This document shows, one piece after another, positions 35,771-48,368 of a DNA stretch of 64,000 nt. The DNA comes from Candidatus Kuenenia stuttgartensis (GTDB lineage: Bacteria; Planctomycetota; Planctomycetia; Pirellulales; UBA1268). The translations under genes were made by a program, and so were the position numbers. Each line of letters begins with the position of its first letter. Position 1 is the first letter of the stretch. The notes under the pieces were generated by a model that saw nothing but the letters and a program-made list of their open reading frames with translations, had not been told where the DNA came from and searched no databases. The DNA is taken from NCBI GenBank assembly GCA_945897435.1, contig CAMDFJ010000001.1:13072-77071 (forward strand), written 5' to 3'.

Positions 35771-36331
35771 TCACGGCCCCGCCGCGACGCCGGCGAGCAC
35801 CTCCACGATCGCCGCCATGAATGCGGGCAGATCGGCCGGTTTTCGGCTCGTCACATGGTGGCGGTCGACCACGACGGGCGTGTCCTCCCAGATCGCACCG
35901 GCATTCATCAGGTCATCCTTGATGCCCGGGCTGCCGGTCACCCGGACGCCCCGGTAGACCCCCGCCGAGATCGGGATCCAGCCGCCGTGGCAGATCGCGG
36001 CCACGAGTTTGCCGTGGGCCGAGAACTCGCGGACGAGGTCGAGCACCTTCTCGATCCGCCGCAGTTTGTCGGGCATCCAGCCGCCAGGGATGACGATGCC
36101 GTGAAAATCGGCCGCCTCCATCTCAGCGATCGCCGCGTCGCTCGTGCAGGGGTAGCCGTGCTTGCCGGAGTAGGTTCGGCCCTGCAGTTCTCCGGCCAGC
36201 GTGACATGGCCGCCGGCCTCCTCGAGCCGCAGCTTCGGGTACCAGAGTTCGAGGTCTTCGTAGTCGTCGCCGACGAACATGAGCGTGCGGACGCCCTCCA
36301 ACGGGCGGGTCGGCGAGGCAGGATGTGGCAT
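35771..36331 (-). CDS. DJ-1/PfpI-family protein (type 1 glutamine amidotransferase-like)
   Basis: ATG at 36331. VRTLMFVGDDYEDLELWYP...AAICHGGW (nucleophile-elbow Cys-His)...VDRHHVTSRKPADLPAF. Confidence 0.85.
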   Translation of the reverse strand: MPHPASPTRPLEGVRTLMFVGDDYEDLELWYPKLRLEEAGGHVTLAGELQGRTYSGKHGYPCTSDAAIAEMEAADFHGIVIPGGWMPDKLRRIEKVLDLVREFSAHGKLVAAICHGGWIPISAGVYRGVRVTGSPGIKDDLMNAGAIWEDTPVVVDRHHVTSRKPADLPAFMAAIVEVLAGVAAGP

Positions 36332-36533
36332 GGCTTCAAGCTCCTGGGGGGTGAAATCTCTCGGCCGGCGTCCGCTGCCCGCCGGGGGCATTGTCGCGAC
36401 CTGTCCTAGCGCTGACGAGGCCTCCACCGACAACCCCCCTTCGGTGGCAAATCTGCTATCGCCGCATGCACCGCCAGACCGGCCTGATTTGGCCGCTTTT
36501 TCGGCCACTTTTCCCCATCTGGAAATTCCCTGC

Positions 36534-36561
36534 TTGACGGCGTCACACGCCTCGCTAATAT
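36534..36561 (+). promoter_or_regulatory. Sigma70-type promoter candidate for nrdJ
   Basis: TTGACG (36534-36539), a 16-nt spacer, then TAATAT (36556-36561). It implies a ~225-nt leader before ATG 36795. Confidence 0.5.
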
Positions 36562-36794
36562 CACGCCCCGGCCATATGGAGTGGTCTGCGGGACGGCCGC
36601 CACAACATCTTGCGATAGCATGCAGAAGGAACTGCTTTCTTTGAATCGCCCGATTTTTGCCGTCCCCGTTGTTTTTCGAGGTTCCTGAACGGCTCAAGGC
36701 CGTCCGGTCCTCCGCCCGATATCGTTTGCACGATCACTATACGCAAGTATACTTTCTAGGCTCGACACTTCCCGCGATCAGGAGCACTTCTTCC

Positions 36795-39700
36795 ATGGCA
36801 GCATTCGAACCCTCCGCCGGCTTCGCCACCCAGGGCAGCACCGAGTCGTCCGTCTCCGCCGGCCAGCAGGCCGGACAGCCCGGCCGTCAGCCGCTGGCAG
36901 TGCAGCCGACTTTCTGCCCGGTCGACGTCGACAGCCCGTTCGACACCACGGAGTGGGAGCTGCGGACGGCCGCCATCAAGGGGGAGGACGGCAAGGTGCT
37001 CTTCGAGCAGCCGGCCTGCGAGATTCCCGCCGCCTGGAGCCAGCTGGCGACCAACGTCGTCGTGAGCAAGTACTTCTATGGCGAGATCCACACGCCCGAG
37101 CGGGAGCACTCGGTCAAGCAGCTCGTCCATCGCGTGGCCCGCACGATCGCCGATTGGGGCACGGCCGACGGCTATTTCAAGACCAAGCAGGACGGCGAAA
37201 ACTTCTACCGCGATCTCGCCTGGCTCTGCGTCCACCAGCACGGGGCCTTCAACTCGCCCGTCTGGTTCAACGTCGGCCTCTACAACCAGTACGGCGTCAA
37301 GGGCGCCCCCTGCAACTGGCGCTGGGACGAGGCGACCCGCGAGGTCGTCCAGCCCCAAAACCCCTACGAGTATCCGCAGGGAAGCGCCTGCTTCATCCAG
37401 AGCGTGCAGGACAACATGGAAGACATCATGGAACTCGCCCGCAGCGAGGCCATGCTCTTCAAGTTTGGCTCCGGCACCGGCACCGATCTCTCCACGCTCC
37501 GCAGCCAGCGGGAGAAGCTCGCCGGCGGCGGCAAGCCGTCGGGCCCGCTCTCGTTCATGCGGGTCTACGACCAGGTGGCCGCGGTGGTGAAGAGCGGCGG
37601 CAAGACCCGCCGGGCCGCCAAGATGCAGTCGCTCAAGGTCACGCATCCCGACATCATGGAATTCATCGAGTGCAAGAGTAAGGAGGAAAAGAAGGCCCGC
37701 GTCCTCATCGAGAAGGGTGGCTACGACTCCAACTTCAACGGCGAGGCCTACAGCTCGATCCTCTTCCAAAACGCCAACCTCTCGGTGCGGCTGACCGACG
37801 ACTTCATGCAGGCCGCCGACCGGGACGACACCTGGACCACCCGTTGGGTCACCGACCCATCGAAGGCCGGTCCGTCGTTCAAGGCCCGCGAAGTGCTCAC
37901 CAAGATGGCCGAGTGCGCCTGGCAGTGCGGTGATCCGGGGGTGCAGTACGACACCACGATCAACCGCTGGCACACCTGCCCCAACTCGGGGCGGATCAAC
38001 GCCAGCAACCCCTGCTCGGAATACATGTTCCTCGACGACACCGCCTGCAATCTGGCGAGCATCAACCTGATGAAGTTCCGCCGGGCCGACGGCACGTTCG
38101 ACGTCGACCGCTTCACGGCCGCCTGTCGGATCTTCTTCGTCGCCCAGGAGATCCTGGTCGATCATGCCAGCTACCCCACCAAGCGGATCGCGAAGAACAG
38201 CCACCTCTACCGGCCGCTGGGTCTCGGCTACTCGAACCTCGGCAGCCTCTTGATGGCCGATGGCCTGGCCTACGACAGCGATGCCGGTCGCGGCCTCTGC
38301 GGGGCGTTGACCGCGATCCTCCACGGAGCCGCCAACCGCACGAGCGCCGAGCTCGCCGCGGCGGTCGGGCCGTTCGAGGGCTTCGCAGCCAACCGGGAGC
38401 CGATGCTGAACGTGATGCAGATGCACCGCGAGTCGGTCGACAGGATCGATCCCTCCTGCCCGACCTATCTCCGCGATGCCGCCCGGAAGGTCTGGGAAGA
38501 GGTGCTCGCCGGCGGCCGCCGCCACGGCTACCGCAACGCCCAGGCGACGGTGCTCGCTCCCACGGGCACGATCTCCTTCCTGATGGACTGCGACACGACG
38601 GGCATCGAGCCCGACATCGCGCTTGTGAAGTACAAGCAGCTGGCCGGTGGCGGCATGCTCAAGATCGTCAACCAGACGGTGCCGCTGGCCCTGCGGACGC
38701 TCGGCTACGACGAGCCGACGGTCGAGGGCGTGCTGTCGTACATCGACAAGAACGACACGATCGAGGGGGCGCCGGGGCTCAAGGATCAGCACCTTGCGGT
38801 CTTCGACTGTGCCTTCAAGCCGCGGCTCGGCAAGCGTTCGATCGCCTGGGAGGCCCACGTGAAGATGATGGCGGCAGCCCAGCCGTTCATCTCGGGGGCC
38901 ATCTCGAAGACGGTGAACATGCCCCGCGAGACGACGCCGGCCGACATCGCCGGCGCCTACAGCGAGGGCTGGCGGATGGGGCTCAAGGCCCTGGCGATCT
39001 ACCGTGACGGCTCCAAGGAAAGCCAGCCGCTCAACACCGGCACCGAGGCCGACAAGACGGCGGCCAAGGCGACCGCCACCCCACGGCGGGAGCGGCTTCC
39101 TGATACCCGCCGCAGCGTGACCCACAAGTTCAACGTCGGCGGCCACGAGGGCTACATCACGGTCGGCCTCTACGACGATGGCCGGCCGGGCGAACTCTTC
39201 ATCACCATGGCCAAGGAGGGGAGCACGATCGGCGGCCTGATGGATGCCTTCGGCACCGCGGTCTCGATGAGCCTCCAGTACGGCGTGCCGCTCGAGGTGT
39301 ATGTGAAGAAGTTCTCCCACACCCGATTCGAGCCCTGGGGCTACACCAAGAACCCCGACATCCCCGTGGCCAAGAGTCTCGTCGACTATCTCTTCCGTTG
39401 GATGGGAACGGAATTCATTCCGGGCTACCGCGAGGCCAACAGGCCCGCTGGGCATGGCGGCGGCGAGGAGGCCGCCGCGGGTGACGACACGGAAAGTGAG
39501 CGCAAGCCCGCCGCCACGACGGCGAGCGGGCTGGCCGATGGGCAAGGAAAGGCCCGCACCAACGGCGAAGCGACCTCAAGCCGCGGCAAGCACCCGGGTG
39601 GCACGAACGGCCATGCCAACGGCACGGCGGCGAAGGTGGCCTCCGCCAAGTCGGCGACCGTCACCGCGTCGGCGGCGCTGCTCGAACGGGCAGGGCTGAA

Positions 39701-39860
39701 GATGGCGGTCGATCCCTCCGCCAGCCCGGCCGATCGGCAGAGCCAGTTTGCCAAGTTCCAGATCGATGCCCCGGCCTGCGACAACTGCGGGTCGATCACG
39801 GTCCGCAACGGCAACTGTTACCTCTGCCACAACTGCGGCAACAGCATGGGCTGTTCCTGA
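36795..39860 (+). CDS. nrdJ: Adenosylcobalamin-dependent (class II) ribonucleotide reductase
   Basis: AGGAG lies 10 nt before ATG 36795. NPCSEYMFLDDTACNLASINL active-site region, TVLAPTGTISF, and a C-terminal Cys cluster CDNCGS...CYLCHNCGNSMGCS. Confidence 0.95.
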   Translation: MAAFEPSAGFATQGSTESSVSAGQQAGQPGRQPLAVQPTFCPVDVDSPFDTTEWELRTAAIKGEDGKVLFEQPACEIPAAWSQLATNVVVSKYFYGEIHTPEREHSVKQLVHRVARTIADWGTADGYFKTKQDGENFYRDLAWLCVHQHGAFNSPVWFNVGLYNQYGVKGAPCNWRWDEATREVVQPQNPYEYPQGSACFIQSVQDNMEDIMELARSEAMLFKFGSGTGTDLSTLRSQREKLAGGGKPSGPLSFMRVYDQVAAVVKSGGKTRRAAKMQSLKVTHPDIMEFIECKSKEEKKARVLIEKGGYDSNFNGEAYSSILFQNANLSVRLTDDFMQAADRDDTWTTRWVTDPSKAGPSFKAREVLTKMAECAWQCGDPGVQYDTTINRWHTCPNSGRINASNPCSEYMFLDDTACNLASINLMKFRRADGTFDVDRFTAACRIFFVAQEILVDHASYPTKRIAKNSHLYRPLGLGYSNLGSLLMADGLAYDSDAGRGLCGALTAILHGAANRTSAELAAAVGPFEGFAANREPMLNVMQMHRESVDRIDPSCPTYLRDAARKVWEEVLAGGRRHGYRNAQATVLAPTGTISFLMDCDTTGIEPDIALVKYKQLAGGGMLKIVNQTVPLALRTLGYDEPTVEGVLSYIDKNDTIEGAPGLKDQHLAVFDCAFKPRLGKRSIAWEAHVKMMAAAQPFISGAISKTVNMPRETTPADIAGAYSEGWRMGLKALAIYRDGSKESQPLNTGTEADKTAAKATATPRRERLPDTRRSVTHKFNVGGHEGYITVGLYDDGRPGELFITMAKEGSTIGGLMDAFGTAVSMSLQYGVPLEVYVKKFSHTRFEPWGYTKNPDIPVAKSLVDYLFRWMGTEFIPGYREANRPAGHGGGEEAAAGDDTESERKPAATTASGLADGQGKARTNGEATSSRGKHPGGTNGHANGTAAKVASAKSATVTASAALLERAGLKMAVDPSASPADRQSQFAKFQIDAPACDNCGSITVRNGNCYLCHNCGNSMGCS

Positions 39861-39886
39861 GCAAAAGCCTGCTGGCGATCTGCGGC

Positions 39887-41197
39887 CTACGCATCCACGA
39901 CGAAGATCTGATTCGTCTTCGTCTGGGTGCCGGGCAGCGGAACGCCCGCCATGAACGCGATCCGGAGGCCGTCGGGTGAAAAGACGACGGCCTCCGGCCG
40001 TGGTCCGCTCTCGCCGCGATCCGGCGCCGTGAGCCGGCGGCTCGCGGCCGTCCGCACGTCGACCGTCATGATGCTACCGTCGCCGACGTAGGCGATCCGC
40101 TCGCCATCGGGACTCCAGGTGAAGCTGCTGGCCACATCCCAGGGGTCGCGGGTGAGCTGCACCGTCTCGCCGCCTGCGGGGCTGACCGTACACAGCTGCA
40201 CGACGCCCCGGTCGTCCCGCATCAGGCATCCGATCCGCCTGCCATCGGGACTCGACCGCAGCCAGTGCCGCGGGCCCTGGATGCCGGGATGGGGGCGGTC
40301 AGCCGTGAACGTCAGCCGCCGCTGGAGGACGCCGGCCGGGGGCCGGGGCCGCTGGAGCGGCGTGCCCGCGAGCGGGCCGTCGCCAGGAATGGCGAGGCCG
40401 GCAGGATCCTCCGGCAGATCGGCGACATACACCTCGCTGATCGTCCGCCCGGCGGCTGTGACGACATGCCCCTGAAACGCCAGCCCGTACCGCCGCCGCG
40501 AGCCGTTCGGCCCCTGATATCCGCTGCTCCCGATCCAGGCCTCCTCGAAGGCCTTCGAGATCTGGTCGCTGCCCGGCTCGGGCCGATCATGGAGCCGGGT
40601 GACGAGCACCGTGAACCCGCTGCCGTCCTGGTTTCGGGGATGGGTTTTGGGGACGACAACTGGCCGTCCGCAGATGGTCACGGCCACGCCCCGCAGATTG
40701 CGTTCGCAGGAGCGGTCGTCGGCCGCCGCCTCGAGCACGGCATCCTCGTAGGTAAAACTCACGAGCAGTCCGTCGGGGCTGAACATGTGGACGTGGCTGC
40801 CGCCCCGCAGGGCTCCGGGCGTGAAGGGGGAGAGGAGGTCGCGGGCGTCGAGCGGTTCGATCATTCCCGGCCGATCCGCGCGGACGACGATGCCCTGCCG
40901 GCGGGCCGGCCCATACGACCAGTCGGCCGTCGGCCGCTCTGGGCCAAGGATGAACACCACCCGGTCATCCAGCGGGCTGGCCGTGACGACGCCGCAGCAG
41001 GCCCCGTGCCGGGATTCGTAGAGCGTCTCGGAGCGGCGCGTCGCCAGTTCGACCCGCCCGATCCGCCTGCCGTCGAATCTGGAACCGTCGGGACCCGAGC
41101 GGGTGTCGAACAGGATCCAGGCCGAGTCGGGCGACCAGATGCCCGCATTGGTGAGCATCTGTCCGTGCGGGGCGGCGGTGATCTGGCGGGCGGGCAT
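39887..41197 (-). CDS. DUF3748 (YidR-like) beta-propeller protein
   Basis: ATG at 41197: MPARQITAAPHGQMLTNAGIWSPDSAWILFDTR...GACCGVVTASP...FILGPERP...W.Y, parallel to E. coli YidR as I recall it. C-terminal PD40-like FSPDG repeats. Confidence 0.65.
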   Translation of the reverse strand: MPARQITAAPHGQMLTNAGIWSPDSAWILFDTRSGPDGSRFDGRRIGRVELATRRSETLYESRHGACCGVVTASPLDDRVVFILGPERPTADWSYGPARRQGIVVRADRPGMIEPLDARDLLSPFTPGALRGGSHVHMFSPDGLLVSFTYEDAVLEAAADDRSCERNLRGVAVTICGRPVVVPKTHPRNQDGSGFTVLVTRLHDRPEPGSDQISKAFEEAWIGSSGYQGPNGSRRRYGLAFQGHVVTAAGRTISEVYVADLPEDPAGLAIPGDGPLAGTPLQRPRPPAGVLQRRLTFTADRPHPGIQGPRHWLRSSPDGRRIGCLMRDDRGVVQLCTVSPAGGETVQLTRDPWDVASSFTWSPDGERIAYVGDGSIMTVDVRTAASRRLTAPDRGESGPRPEAVVFSPDGLRIAFMAGVPLPGTQTKTNQIFVVDA

Positions 41198-41252
41198 GAC
41201 GACATTCCGGGCGTGACGATCGGCACCATACCCTGCTATCGTCCGCATCACG

Positions 41253-42551
41253 ATGGCAGCACCCGCCCCCGCCCCGCCGGGCAGCCCCGCCGGCCGCCGC
41301 TATGCGTGGCAGGTCGTGGCCATGCTCTGGCTGGTCTGCTTCTTCAACTATGCCGACAGGCAGGCCATCTACGCCGTCTTTCCGCTGCTCGAACGGGAGT
41401 TTGGATTCGACAAGGCCGAGCTCGGCCTGATCGGGTCGGCCTTCATGTGGGTCTACGCCGCTGGCGCGCCTCTGGCGGGCTTCATCGCCGACCGGGTGAA
41501 ACGGGTCCACCTGATCCTCGGCGGCTGCATCTTCTGGAGCGTGGTCACCGTCGCCACGGCCTGGTGCTCACGACTCTGGCACTTCGTCGCCGTCCGGGCG
41601 GCGGAGGGGCTCGGCGAGACCTTCTACTTCCCCGCCTCGATGTCGCTGACGGCCGATTACCACGGCCCGGCCACGCGCAGCCGTGCCTTCGCCCTCCACC
41701 AGTCGAGCGTCTACATCGGCACGATCCTCGGCAGCTGGCTCGGGGCCCTGCTCGCCGAGAGGTATGGCTGGCGGACGGGGTTTCTGATCTTCGGCGCAGC
41801 GGGCCTCGTGGTCGCGGCGCTGCTCTACGGATCGCTGCGCGAGCCACGGCGGGGCGCAGCCGAGAACGGCGAAGGGATCGCGGCCACGCCGCTGGGGTTC
41901 GGCGAGACGCTCCTGCATCTCGGCCGCCGTCCCGTCACGATCCTGCTGATGCTCGCCTTCCTCGGGGCCAACTTCGTGGCCACCATCTTCCTCGCCTGGA
42001 CACCGACGTTTCTGGTGGAGAAGTTCGGCTACTCGCTCGGCGCGGCAGGACTCAGCGGCACGCTCTTCATCCACCTCGCAAGCGCCGTCTCTGCGCCGCT
42101 GGCCGGAGTCGTCGCCGATCGCCTCGCCGCCAGCATGGCTGGCGGGCGGATCGTCGTGCAGGGAGTGGGGCTGCTTCTAGGCTCGATCTTCGTGGCGACC
42201 GTCGGCCTCTGCACGACGACGCCCGTGCTGCTCGCGGCGATGACGGCCTTCGGTGCCTGCAAGGGCTGTTATGACTCCGGAATCTTCGCCTCGCTCTACG
42301 ATGAGATCGAACCGCGTGCCCGGGCCACGGCAGCCGGCCTGATGAACACCGTCGGCTGGGGGGGCGGTGCGCTCGGGCCGCTGTTCGTCGGCCTGGCGAC
42401 GAAATACGGCGCCGGCAACGACGTCGAGGACATGAGCCGGGCAATCGCCATGGGTGGCGTCGTCTATCTCGCCGCGGCGGCGCTGCTTGTGGCGGCATTC
42501 CTCGCCCTGCGGCGGCGCGGCACACCCCGCGGCCGGTTGTCACGGCAGTGA
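41253..42551 (+). CDS. MFS transporter
   Basis: 12 predicted TM helices. FFNYADRQAIYAVFPLLEREFG and GFIADRVKR (MFS motif A-like). Confidence 0.85.
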   Translation: MAAPAPAPPGSPAGRRYAWQVVAMLWLVCFFNYADRQAIYAVFPLLEREFGFDKAELGLIGSAFMWVYAAGAPLAGFIADRVKRVHLILGGCIFWSVVTVATAWCSRLWHFVAVRAAEGLGETFYFPASMSLTADYHGPATRSRAFALHQSSVYIGTILGSWLGALLAERYGWRTGFLIFGAAGLVVAALLYGSLREPRRGAAENGEGIAATPLGFGETLLHLGRRPVTILLMLAFLGANFVATIFLAWTPTFLVEKFGYSLGAAGLSGTLFIHLASAVSAPLAGVVADRLAASMAGGRIVVQGVGLLLGSIFVATVGLCTTTPVLLAAMTAFGACKGCYDSGIFASLYDEIEPRARATAAGLMNTVGWGGGALGPLFVGLATKYGAGNDVEDMSRAIAMGGVVYLAAAALLVAAFLALRRRGTPRGRLSRQ

Positions 42552-42907
42552 CGGCTGTAACCCCGCCGCAGCGTGCCGCTTGAGCCGCAGCCGCCGTCCG
42601 GACGAAACAACAGGCATCGACATTCGACCTGTTTCCGCGTCCCGTCGGAGGTGCCAAACCCAACGCGTTGCCCAGGATCCTCGCAAGGCACGTGCCCGTC
42701 ACGGCCCGATCCCCGGCAGTTTCGCAATTTTCTACCCCGTTCGCAGGCGGACGACAGGCTCGATCACACCGAAGGCCGTGGCAGACCCAAGCTGCCGCGG
42801 CCTTCGCGTTTTCCCCGGGTGTGGCGCGGATTTGCGGGGGCTTCGGGCCGGAATTAGCATTTCGGCGTCGGCGGCAAGCCTTCCATCCATCCACTCCGAG
42901 GTGTCCT

Positions 42908-44044
42908 GTGCGTCGTTGGATCCGTGTTCTGTTTGTCGGTGCGCTCTCGCTGATGCTCTCGATCGACTCCGCGTCAGCGGGACGGTTTTTCCACCGTCAG
43001 CGCCGTCCCTGCCAGCGGACAAGGCAGTCTGTCGCCGCTGCCAAGCCGGCATGCCTCGCACCGACCCACTCGCCCTGCGTCGAATCCTCATGCACCGACT
43101 CCGCTGGATCGCCGGCGGATGAGATCGTCGTCATGACCCACGAGACGGCCGTTTCAGACTGCGACTGCTGCGAGTGCTGCCTCGGAGAGATCGCCACGGT
43201 CGGGCATCATGAATCGCCGATGATCGAAGATGGCGGGCCATCCCACGTCGGCCTGCATGAGCATCACTCCGAGCATGGCCACGACCAGGTGCACGGCATC
43301 CATGAGGCCACCATCGGCGAAGCGGTCGGCCAGCCGACCGAGGTCGTCGAACTTCACGATGGGGCTCCGGTCGCCAGCCAGGCTCCCGTCACGCCCGCTC
43401 TCGTCGTGGAGCCGATGCCGACGCGTGCCGAGCAGCCTGCGGGCCGTCCCGACGCCCCGGGGCCGATCGTTGAAAACACCGCCACCGCCGACGAGGTGCT
43501 GAGCGAGGAGCCGAAGGTCGCCCCGGCCTCACGCCCCGACGCCCCAGGCAGGATCGTGCCCTCAGAGGAACCGACTGTCGAAGCGACGCCAGCTGCCGAG
43601 CCTGCCGTGGAGTCGCCGGTCGTCGCCGAGCCGCCAATGAAGGCAGAGGCTCCAGTCGAGCCGGCCGCACCCGCTGAGCCGGCCCCGAAGCCCGTGCCGG
43701 CCGTCCCCATGACGCCTGCCCCGGCCGTCGAGGAAAACCTTTTCGATGAACCGGCCGACCAGCCCGAAGCGGAGCCCGAGGCCGAGAAGGATCCCTTCTC
43801 GGCAGCCGGCTCGCTTCCGATCCAGCCCGTCCGTCGTTGGATCGACGACACCGGCAGGCATGAGACGGTCGGCCGGCTCGTCGAGGTCCAGCCCGACCGG
43901 ATCCGGATCCTCAAGGCCAACGGCAGGGTCGTCGAGGTCCGCCTGTCGAGGCTCAGCAGCCACGATCAGGACCACGTCGCTGCCCAGAGCCTCGCTGCCA
44001 AGCGAGCCCCGGCGGGCAGCCTCACCCAGCTCAACGGCGGCTGA
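42908..44044 (+). CDS. Secreted protein with a Cys/His-rich segment and a C-terminal SHD1 domain
   Basis: GAGG lies 7 nt before GTG 42908. Signal peptide (M)RRWIRVLFVGALSLMLSIDSASA; SDCDCCECC; HHESPMIEDGGPSHVGLHEHHSEHGHDQVHGIHE; a Pro/Ala/Glu linker; and RRWIDDTGRHETVGRLVEVQPDRIRILKANGRVVEVRLSRLSSHDQDHV, which matches the SHD1 pattern. Confidence 0.6.
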   Translation: MRRWIRVLFVGALSLMLSIDSASAGRFFHRQRRPCQRTRQSVAAAKPACLAPTHSPCVESSCTDSAGSPADEIVVMTHETAVSDCDCCECCLGEIATVGHHESPMIEDGGPSHVGLHEHHSEHGHDQVHGIHEATIGEAVGQPTEVVELHDGAPVASQAPVTPALVVEPMPTRAEQPAGRPDAPGPIVENTATADEVLSEEPKVAPASRPDAPGRIVPSEEPTVEATPAAEPAVESPVVAEPPMKAEAPVEPAAPAEPAPKPVPAVPMTPAPAVEENLFDEPADQPEAEPEAEKDPFSAAGSLPIQPVRRWIDDTGRHETVGRLVEVQPDRIRILKANGRVVEVRLSRLSSHDQDHVAAQSLAAKRAPAGSLTQLNGG

Positions 44045-44088
44045 AAACCTGGGCGTCTCGGCGACGTGGCACTGGCAGTTCTTCGGAT

Positions 44089-44106
44089 GACAGGCTGAAG
44101 CCTGGC
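44089..44106 (-). repeat. REP-like palindromic element, copy 6 (degenerate core)
   Basis: GACAGGCTGAAGCCTGGC followed by CCACTTCGGG, between the convergent SHD1 and pgk genes. Confidence 0.75.
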
Positions 44107-44164
44107 CCACTTCGGGCAACGACAGCGAGAGTCTGGCCCACGCGGGCAGGCGGGGCCTGATTCT

Positions 44165-45367
44165 CTATTCGTCGAGCACCGCGACCGTTTCGAAGGCCTT
44201 GCCCTCGAGCATCTCCAGCGAGGCCCCGCCACCGGTCGAGACGTGGCTCACCTTGTCGGCGTAGCCCAGCTGCTCGATCGCCGCCGCCGAGTCGCCGCCG
44301 CCGATGATCGTGACTGCGCCCTTGGAGGTGGCGTCGGCCACGGCGTCGGCCACGGCCTTGGTGCCGGCGTCGAATGGCGGCATCTCGAAGACGCCCATCG
44401 GACCGTTCCAGACCACCGTGCCTGCCGAGCGGATGATGGCCGCGTACTGCCTGGCGGTCTCGGGGCCGATGTCGAGCCCCTCGAAGCCGTCGGGGATCTG
44501 GCCGGCCTTCACGACCTGCTTGTTGGCCGCCGAGGAAAAATCGTCGGCACAGTGGGTGTCGACCGGCAGCACGAGCTTCGAGCCCCCCTTGGCGAGCAGT
44601 TCCTTGGCGAGGAGGAGCTTGTCCTTCTCGACGAGCGACTTGCCGGTCTGACCGCCCTGTGCCAGCGAGAAGGTGTAGGCCATCGCGCCGCCGATCAGAA
44701 CGTGGTCGCAGATCGAAAGCAGATTCGTGATCACCGCGATTTTATCGGAGACCTTCTTGCCGCCGAGGATCGCCACGAACGGCCGCTTCGGCTGGGCGAT
44801 CGCGTCGGCGAGATACTGGATCTCCTTCTCGACGAGGAAGCCGACGACCGCCGGCCGGCCGAGCGCCTTCATCGCCACCGGCACGGCGTGCATGCTGGCC
44901 TCGGTGCGGTGGCAGGTGCCGAAGGCGTCGTTGACGTAGGCGTCGGCGAGGGCGGCGAGCCCGTCGACATAGGCCTTGTCGTCCCCCTTCTTCTCCCCCT
45001 TGTTGAAGCGGACGTTTTCGAGCAGGAGCACGCCGCCTGAGGGCAGCTCCCGGGCCTTTGCATGGGCGTCGGCACCACCTGTGTCGGCGGCGAGCGCCAC
45101 AGGCCGGCCGAGCAGTTCGCCGAGCCGCCTGGCGACCGGGGCGAGGGAAAACTCCGCCTCGAACCCCTTGCCGGACGGCCGGCCAAGGTGCGACATCAGG
45201 ATCGCCTTTCCGCCACGGTCGATGATTGACCTGATCGTGGGCAGGGCCATCCGGATCCGGCGGTCGTCGGTGATCCCGCCCGCGTCGTCCTGTGGCACGT
45301 TGAAGTCGACCCGTACGAGGACGGTCTTGCCCTTGGGATCGATGGCGGCGACGGATTTCTTCGGCAT
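44165..45367 (-). CDS. pgk: Phosphoglycerate kinase
   Basis: [31 protein letters not shown] and GGGDSAAA are hallmark Pgk motifs. 400 aa. Confidence 0.95.
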   Translation of the reverse strand: MPKKSVAAIDPKGKTVLVRVDFNVPQDDAGGITDDRRIRMALPTIRSIIDRGGKAILMSHLGRPSGKGFEAEFSLAPVARRLGELLGRPVALAADTGGADAHAKARELPSGGVLLLENVRFNKGEKKGDDKAYVDGLAALADAYVNDAFGTCHRTEASMHAVPVAMKALGRPAVVGFLVEKEIQYLADAIAQPKRPFVAILGGKKVSDKIAVITNLLSICDHVLIGGAMAYTFSLAQGGQTGKSLVEKDKLLLAKELLAKGGSKLVLPVDTHCADDFSSAANKQVVKAGQIPDGFEGLDIGPETARQYAAIIRSAGTVVWNGPMGVFEMPPFDAGTKAVADAVADATSKGAVTIIGGGDSAAAIEQLGYADKVSHVSTGGGASLEMLEGKAFETVAVLDE

Positions 45368-45444
45368 GGCTCTGGTGCTCCGGCTGAAAGGGGAAGGATG
45401 CGGACGAGAATGTACGGGGCCGAGGTTTTCCTTGGAACGGGCGC

Positions 45445-45462
45445 GACAGGCTGAAGCCTGAC
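45445..45462 (-). repeat. REP-like palindromic element, copy 7 (degenerate core)
   Basis: GACAGGCTGAAGCCTGAC, between the gyrB stop and the pgk start. Confidence 0.7.
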
Positions 45463-45477
45463 GTCGATCGAATCGGG

Positions 45478-48367
<2,890 letters not shown>

Positions 48368-48368
48368 G

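Noticed and set aside
36570-36794. Cobalamin riboswitch or NrdR boxes upstream of nrdJ
   Set aside because: No GCCACTG B12-box is present. Candidate 16-mers (CACAACATCTTGCGAT, CACTATACGCAAGTATAC) match the NrdR consensus as I recall it at only about half the positions. The element is left as unexplained leader structure.
36756-39545. 929-aa minus-strand ORF
   Set aside because: Antisense to nrdJ, whose identity is certain.
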